NCBI GenBank assembly: GCA_963751455.1
Contig: CAVVUN010000015.1
Coordinates: forward strand, 1,248,001-1,312,000
Length of the DNA stretch: 64,000 nucleotides
Direction of reading: 5' to 3'
From: Nitrospirota bacterium
GTDB taxonomy: Bacteria; Nitrospirota; UBA9217
Program-made: the position numbers and the translations under genes
Part shown: positions 58,954 to 64,000 of the stretch, piece after piece
Layout of the letters: every line of letters starts with the position of its first letter
How positions within the stretch are numbered: position 1 is the first letter of the stretch
Notes under the pieces: generated by a model
The model's database searches: none
What the model saw: only the letters and a program-made list of their open reading frames with translations
Told to the model about the DNA's origin: nothing

Positions 58954-59796
58954 TCATAGCCCGCTGGCCCTGTAGTGGCTCAGCGCTTCCTTCAATTCGC
59001 GGGCGTCCTCGTATCCCCACCGGATGATATCCGTCCTGTACTGCGTCATCGACAGGAGCGTGCCCTGGCAGATTCGTTCCTTCGGCGGCGGTTCTTTCAG
59101 CTCCTTCTGCACGCGGGTCAGGAGTTCCTGCATTATGCGGTCCGGAATGCGGTTTCTCTCGGAAGGATAAATAAACGTAAAGAGGAACAGGTGGCTCAGG
59201 AGGACATGCCAGAAGGCGCCGAAGCGGCGGAGGAGCCGGTCCCAGTCGAGCTTTTCAGCATGGGCACGGATGAGATGTGCTACATCGGCCCCGTCAAAAC
59301 GATCTCGATCCATTACGTAAGCCTTCGAACAGATCATCTCTTCGACCGGACAGAGCGCGAGGTCCATGCCGAGAATGGTCTGCCGTACCGACTTGTTAAA
59401 CCATTCATCGTCCACTTCGCTCACGCCGTTGGCCTGGGCAAAGATGATGTCGACGAAACTATCTCCCGAGCACGCCTTGGCCAGCCAGTGCGAGGCCGTC
59501 ACTTCCGTCTTGTATCCGGCCGATGACAATGTGTCCAGCGCACGCCCGGCGTCCGTGGTTCTTACGAATACGTCGAAGTCCTTGGTATAGCGTGAAATAC
59601 CGGTATAAAATTCGAATGCGAAGGCGCCGCCGACCAGCAGACGAATTCCCGCGGACTGCAGCGCCTGTAGTGCACTCAGGTAGAAGTCCCTGCTTTCGGG
59701 CTTGACCCGGTCCTCGATTTTCACACGTGATTCGAGGTCGGTTTCTTCCTGGGGTTCCGGGCCCGAACACGGCCTTTTATGGAAATGATTCGGCAT
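58954..59796 (-). CDS. nucleotidyltransferase-family protein
   Basis: LVGGAFA...TKDFDVFV, VDII, RFDGADVAHL. Confidence 0.8.
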   Translation of the reverse strand: MPNHFHKRPCSGPEPQEETDLESRVKIEDRVKPESRDFYLSALQALQSAGIRLLVGGAFAFEFYTGISRYTKDFDVFVRTTDAGRALDTLSSAGYKTEVTASHWLAKACSGDSFVDIIFAQANGVSEVDDEWFNKSVRQTILGMDLALCPVEEMICSKAYVMDRDRFDGADVAHLIRAHAEKLDWDRLLRRFGAFWHVLLSHLFLFTFIYPSERNRIPDRIMQELLTRVQKELKEPPPKERICQGTLLSMTQYRTDIIRWGYEDARELKEALSHYRASGL

Positions 59797-59831
59797 ACAT
59801 TCCTTTATAGATTCTTGTCGGCGACGCCACG

Positions 59832-60593
59832 TTAGGCCGCCGCGATGCGCGCACTTCTGACTTCAACCAGCCTGAAGGGCGCTTTTTCCGGGAAGGCCCG
59901 GCGAAGGACTGCCTGAGAGGCGTTATAAACCGTGACGCCGTCACCCGTCCTTCCCTCGGGATTGCCGCCGTGAGCGTGTCCGTGAAAAACGGCGACGGGT
60001 CTGAACCGGTTAATCGGCTCTTCAAGCCTGCTGGATCCCAGAAACGGAAATATCTCGATGTTTTCGCCTACCACCGTCGTGCGGATCGGGGAATAATGAA
60101 GCAATACCACCTTCCGGTCCGTGCTCAGCTTCATTAACGCGGATTCGAGTTTTGACGCCTCATTGACTGCCTCTTGTACGAAACGCTTTATGGCTTCCTC
60201 GCCCCAGGGCTGAAGCGCGACCCGCCCGAAACCGCCGGCAAAGCCCTTGACTCCTGCGAAGCCGATGCCTTTGATCTCGCACGACGTCCCATCCAGCACA
60301 TTTATCCCGGCGCCCCGCAATATATCTGTTACCTGTTCCTGGTTGCCGGTTTCAAAATCGTGGTTCCCGAGTACGGAGATCATCGGGATTTTCAGATACG
60401 TGGTCAGGTCCTTTACCAGGACTTCTGCCTCGTCCGGAAGACCGGCATCCGTCAAGTCGCCGCACATCAGGCATACATCAGCGCTCCGGGTGATTTGGGT
60501 GAATATGTCCTGCCACGCGCCGTGCGATTTTCCGGTATAATGAATGTCGGCAACGGCCGCAATCCTTACTACCGTATGGTTTGCTTCGGGCAT
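59832..60593 (-). CDS. calcineurin-like metallophosphoesterase
   Basis: ADIH, GDLTD, GNHD, LLHY, HGHAH. Confidence 0.9.
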   Translation of the reverse strand: MPEANHTVVRIAAVADIHYTGKSHGAWQDIFTQITRSADVCLMCGDLTDAGLPDEAEVLVKDLTTYLKIPMISVLGNHDFETGNQEQVTDILRGAGINVLDGTSCEIKGIGFAGVKGFAGGFGRVALQPWGEEAIKRFVQEAVNEASKLESALMKLSTDRKVVLLHYSPIRTTVVGENIEIFPFLGSSRLEEPINRFRPVAVFHGHAHGGNPEGRTGDGVTVYNASQAVLRRAFPEKAPFRLVEVRSARIAAA

Positions 60594-60821
60594 ATTCCTC
60601 TATCTAAATGTGCACGTCTTCGGTTTTGTGTCTTTGCGTCTCTGTTAAATTCCCATATTTGAAACTTAGCATGATATGAATAGACCGTCAATCTTGCGAG
60701 CGAAGCAAGAGTGAATGGCCTGTGCCTGGATTACGTGAAACTATTGCATACTACTTTAGGCAGGGTTTTCGATTAGTGCGTTTCCCCCTGCGGGTGAAGG
60801 CTCCTGACGTCTGAGCGGAGT

Positions 60822-61361
60822 TCAATCAATCCGGACAAAAGGATATTGTTCCAATTTTTCCCTCGTGAACAGAGCAGTACCCGCCCAGGTACCGATTGTT
60901 TCCACGGCAATGATTGCATCCGGATTATCGAAATCAATGCGGCCTGGCGCCGAGATCTTATCGAGTTCCTGAAGGAGCAGCGTATCCAGCACACGCTCCT
61001 CGTCCGGACTCGAGATCCTGCCCCTGAATCCCCGGCGATGTATTCTCACATAAAAACGTTTGCCGGCGAGCTGATCGCGCCAGCCGAGTATGCTTTCCTT
61101 TGCCTTTGCATCAAATTCTTCGACTGAGTTGAAAATAAAGGCACGGTCTACCGGGACGAGGCGAGACAGGAACGAAAGGGATTGGGGCGCCCTGTGCGAC
61201 CTTTCACGAAGGGTTTCGAGCATGGCGTTCAGGTCCTCGGCCCGCATGACAAGAACATTGAAGAATTCAGTTCGTCTGACTTCTCCAAAATCTCCGAATA
61301 CATCTTGCGCGCGCTTGTACCCATGTTCATTTACGCATATGACTGCATTCCATTCCTGCAT
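60822..61361 (-). CDS. stand-alone THUMP-domain protein
   Basis: KRFYVRIHRRG...IDFDNPDAIIAVETIG. Confidence 0.7.
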   Translation of the reverse strand: MQEWNAVICVNEHGYKRAQDVFGDFGEVRRTEFFNVLVMRAEDLNAMLETLRERSHRAPQSLSFLSRLVPVDRAFIFNSVEEFDAKAKESILGWRDQLAGKRFYVRIHRRGFRGRISSPDEERVLDTLLLQELDKISAPGRIDFDNPDAIIAVETIGTWAGTALFTREKLEQYPFVRID

Positions 61362-61530
61362 GATGTGCCTGCCTGCCGTTCCTGTGTTTCAAGTATAGCA
61401 GGGGCGTTCGTGAGTTCGATGGTTAACCCCGGCGTCCAAAAGGTTTATCGTGGAAGTGAGGGAGGCACAAGAAGGTGGTCCAAAATTTCAATGAAAAGCT
61501 TGACGAGGAAATACCCACTTAAAACACATT

Positions 61531-61623
61531 TATCCGCAGATTTCGCAGAGTGCGCAGATTATTTAAGAAAGAATAAATCAGGCCATGTATTTTTATCGGC
61601 GAAATCCGCGTAATCTGCGGCTA
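61531..61623. repeat. CGCAGAT-family inverted-repeat element
   Basis: tatccgcagatttcgcagagtgcgcagatt / atcggcgaaatccgcgtaatctgcggcta. Confidence 0.75.
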
Positions 61624-61639
61624 TATGTCGACACTCGCG

Positions 61640-64000
61640 CTAAGCAAGAAGCGCGTTCACCGTGTCCCGCAGATCCTCGAAATTGTAGGGTTTGGCCAGA
61701 CAGCCGGAGAATCCGTAAGAACCGTAGTCGGCGATTACGGAGTCATCGGAGTACCCGCTCGATACGATTGCCTTGACGCCCGGATCGATATCGAGAAGAC
61801 GCTTGATGGTTTCTTTTCCTCCTATTCCTCCCCGGATCGTGAGGTCCAGGATGACTACGTCGAAAGGCGAGTCCGATTCCAACGAGGCGGTGTACTTCAG
61901 GATTGCCTCTTCTCCGTGTTCGGCGTAATCGACTTCATGGCCGATGGCTTTTATCTGCTCTCCTACGATATTGCGGATCAATTCCTCGTCGTCCATCACC
62001 AGTATCCTGCCCTTACGAACAGCCGGAGAAACGGCGCGGATCGCAGGCAAGTCGGCCTCGGCTTCGACTGTGGGAAGATATACGAAAAAAGTAGCGCCCT
62101 TGCCCGGCTCGGATACGACATCGATGGCCCCGCCATGGTTCTTGATGATGGAATAGGAGGTTGCCAGCCCCAGTCCGCTTCCCTTGTCCTTGGTGCTGAA
62201 GTAAGGATCGAAAATCTTATGGAGATATTGCTCGGGAATGCCGATGCCGCTGTCCTCAATCGAAATCTCGACGTATTTCTGTTCTTGTGCCGGCTGGATC
62301 AGTCCCTTGCGCGGGGTCGCCACGTTTTTCGCGGTAATCAGGATTGTGCCGCCCAGAGGCATTGCCTGGTCGGCGTTAAGAATAATGTTTTGGATCACCT
62401 GCCCGATCTGGCCTTCATCCGCCTCGACTGTCCGGAGCCGCTCGTCGAGCTCTATCCTGTAGCCGACGCGGGAACCGCTCAGGGCGAACTTCACGGAGTT
62501 CTCGATCACGGACCTCAACTGCATCTTCTTTTTGAGCGGTTTTCCGCCCTTTGAGAAGGTGAGGAGCTGTTTTGTAAGGTCAACGGACATGTGGAGCGCC
62601 TGCTCGGCCTGTTCGAGCATCGCCAGGGAGCGGTCCTTCGTTTCAAAGCAGGTCTTCGCCATCGAAATATAGCCGAATACTCCCTGCAGCAGATTGTTGA
62701 AATCGTGCGCGATACCGCCGGCCAGTATGCCTATGGCCTCGAGCTTCTGGGTCTTCAGACGCTCCTCTTCAAGGAGATGCTTTTCGGTTATGTTGTTGAC
62801 CGTCTCGATAACGGACATAACCGAATCGGAACGGTCTTTTATCGGGAAGGCCTTTGTCTCCACGTACAGAATAGAGCCCTTGCCGTCGGTGTGGCGGTGC
62901 AGCGCGGTATGCGGCTCGCCGGTCTCGAAGACGCGTCGGACCGCGCATTCCTCCCCGGCCTCGTAGCAGGGACGCTGGCTCCGGTGGGAGGTCGCGTAGC
63001 AGTGACGGCCGATTACGCGGTCGGATGCCTCTCCGACCTGGTCGCAGTACGCCTTGTTTGCGGTCAGGATGCGGAAATTTCTGTCGATGACGATGAAACC
63101 TTCATCCACGGTGTCGAGAATGTTGCGTATGAACCGTTCACTATCCCTCAGCGCCTGCTCGGCTCGTTTGCGGCCGGTAATGTCCCTGAAGATGCCCACG
63201 GAAAACCGATTTCCCCTGAGCGTTATCGAGGTAAAGCAGATATCCGCAAAAAATACAATGCCGTCCCTTCTCAGCACCGGTATGTCCACGGCGATAGTCT
63301 TTTCACCCCGCATCTGTTTTTCAAATTCTTCGATGACGCGGGAAACCTCCGCGGAAGGATGGATATCTTCTATTCCCAGGCGGGTGAGCTCCTCCTTGGT
63401 GCAGCGAAGCATGGTACAGATGCTCTTGTTTGCGTCGACAAACCGCCTGGCTGAGGCGTCCGCGATCAGGATGCCGTCTGTGGCGGAATCGAAAATATTT
63501 CTGAACTTCTCCTCGGAGTCCCGTAAGGTGTCCTCCGCATTTTTCTGGGTTGTGACGTCCTGGACCGTTCCGAGCATGCGCCGGGGTACGCCCGCTTCAT
63601 CTATCACCCGGCTGATCGTATGGATGACGGCTGAAGACCCGTCCCTCCGGAAGAAGGAATAGTCCATCTCGAACGGCCGCTTTCCCTTCAGGGCGGCGTC
63701 GATACCGGAGAGGAATTGGTCCCGGCTTGCAGGATGCATGGTTTTGAGGATTAAATCGTAATCGGGTTGGATCTCCCCGGGTTCGTAGCCGTATATCCGG
63801 TACAGTTCGTCGGACCAGCGGACCGCATGGGTTGCGACGTTCCACTCCCAATCGCCGATGTGGGCTATTTGCTGGGCAATGTTGAGTCTTGACTCGCTCG
63901 CGCGAAGCGAGTCCTCCATCTCGATGTGCGCGCTGATATCTCTGACGATGTCGAAAGAACCCGCATAGCGGCCGCTGTCGTGGATGCCTGAAGAGCTGAC
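61640..64000 (-). CDS. multi-PAS hybrid histidine kinase/receiver (5' end beyond the window)
   Basis: frame open to 64000 (..DIVRDIS..); AGGIAHDFNNLL, FDPYFSTK, GSGLGL, ILVMDDE. Confidence 0.92.
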   Translation of the reverse strand, partial: VSSSGIHDSGRYAGSFDIVRDISAHIEMEDSLRASESRLNIAQQIAHIGDWEWNVATHAVRWSDELYRIYGYEPGEIQPDYDLILKTMHPASRDQFLSGIDAALKGKRPFEMDYSFFRRDGSSAVIHTISRVIDEAGVPRRMLGTVQDVTTQKNAEDTLRDSEEKFRNIFDSATDGILIADASARRFVDANKSICTMLRCTKEELTRLGIEDIHPSAEVSRVIEEFEKQMRGEKTIAVDIPVLRRDGIVFFADICFTSITLRGNRFSVGIFRDITGRKRAEQALRDSERFIRNILDTVDEGFIVIDRNFRILTANKAYCDQVGEASDRVIGRHCYATSHRSQRPCYEAGEECAVRRVFETGEPHTALHRHTDGKGSILYVETKAFPIKDRSDSVMSVIETVNNITEKHLLEEERLKTQKLEAIGILAGGIAHDFNNLLQGVFGYISMAKTCFETKDRSLAMLEQAEQALHMSVDLTKQLLTFSKGGKPLKKKMQLRSVIENSVKFALSGSRVGYRIELDERLRTVEADEGQIGQVIQNIILNADQAMPLGGTILITAKNVATPRKGLIQPAQEQKYVEISIEDSGIGIPEQYLHKIFDPYFSTKDKGSGLGLATSYSIIKNHGGAIDVVSEPGKGATFFVYLPTVEAEADLPAIRAVSPAVRKGRILVMDDEELIRNIVGEQIKAIGHEVDYAEHGEEAILKYTASLESDSPFDVVILDLTIRGGIGGKETIKRLLDIDPGVKAIVSSGYSDDSVIADYGSYGFSGCLAKPYNFEDLRDTVNALLA

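Overview
A bacterial chromosome window at roughly 50-55% GC. The gene content and the order pheA-hisC-aroF-tyrA-aroA-cmk-ispH-rpsA-sppA-ihfB suggest an anaerobic Nitrospirota or Desulfobacterota-like organism (inference only). Core content: a CbrA/CbrB-like symporter-kinase plus sigma54 regulator pair split by a GxxExxY gene, glgB-glgC, a heme-c GGDEF/EAL protein, a Met-rich protein with two beta-barrel genes, and the aromatic amino acid/rpsA operon. A minus-strand respiratory cluster at 31.5-43.1 kb holds an M56-like protease, three related small membrane proteins, cytochrome c3, HybA/NrfD-like subunits, a 13-heme cytochrome, cytochrome b and a heme-c NarX/NarL-type two-component system. An accessory island at 43.4-52.1 kb holds two RAYT-type Y1 transposases, toxin-antitoxin modules, an integrase-less integron remnant and an IS1380. 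The best leads are: (i) at least 15 intergenic inverted-repeat elements with an 8-9 bp periodic CRC pattern, one set of which brackets the GxxExxY nuclease-like gene; (ii) two HUH transposases, each enclosed by its own perfect 28-34 bp inverted repeat, plus an orphan HTH+IR end; (iii) a three-copy modular structured element; (iv) a 115-bp inversion that disables a ParE toxin; and (v) the small-protein/protease/heme-sensor module in front of the cytochrome complex. Five +1 frameshifts between 20.0 and 27.4 kb are probably assembly errors. No rRNA, tRNA or CRISPR array was seen. All family assignments are by-eye motif recognition, not database searches.
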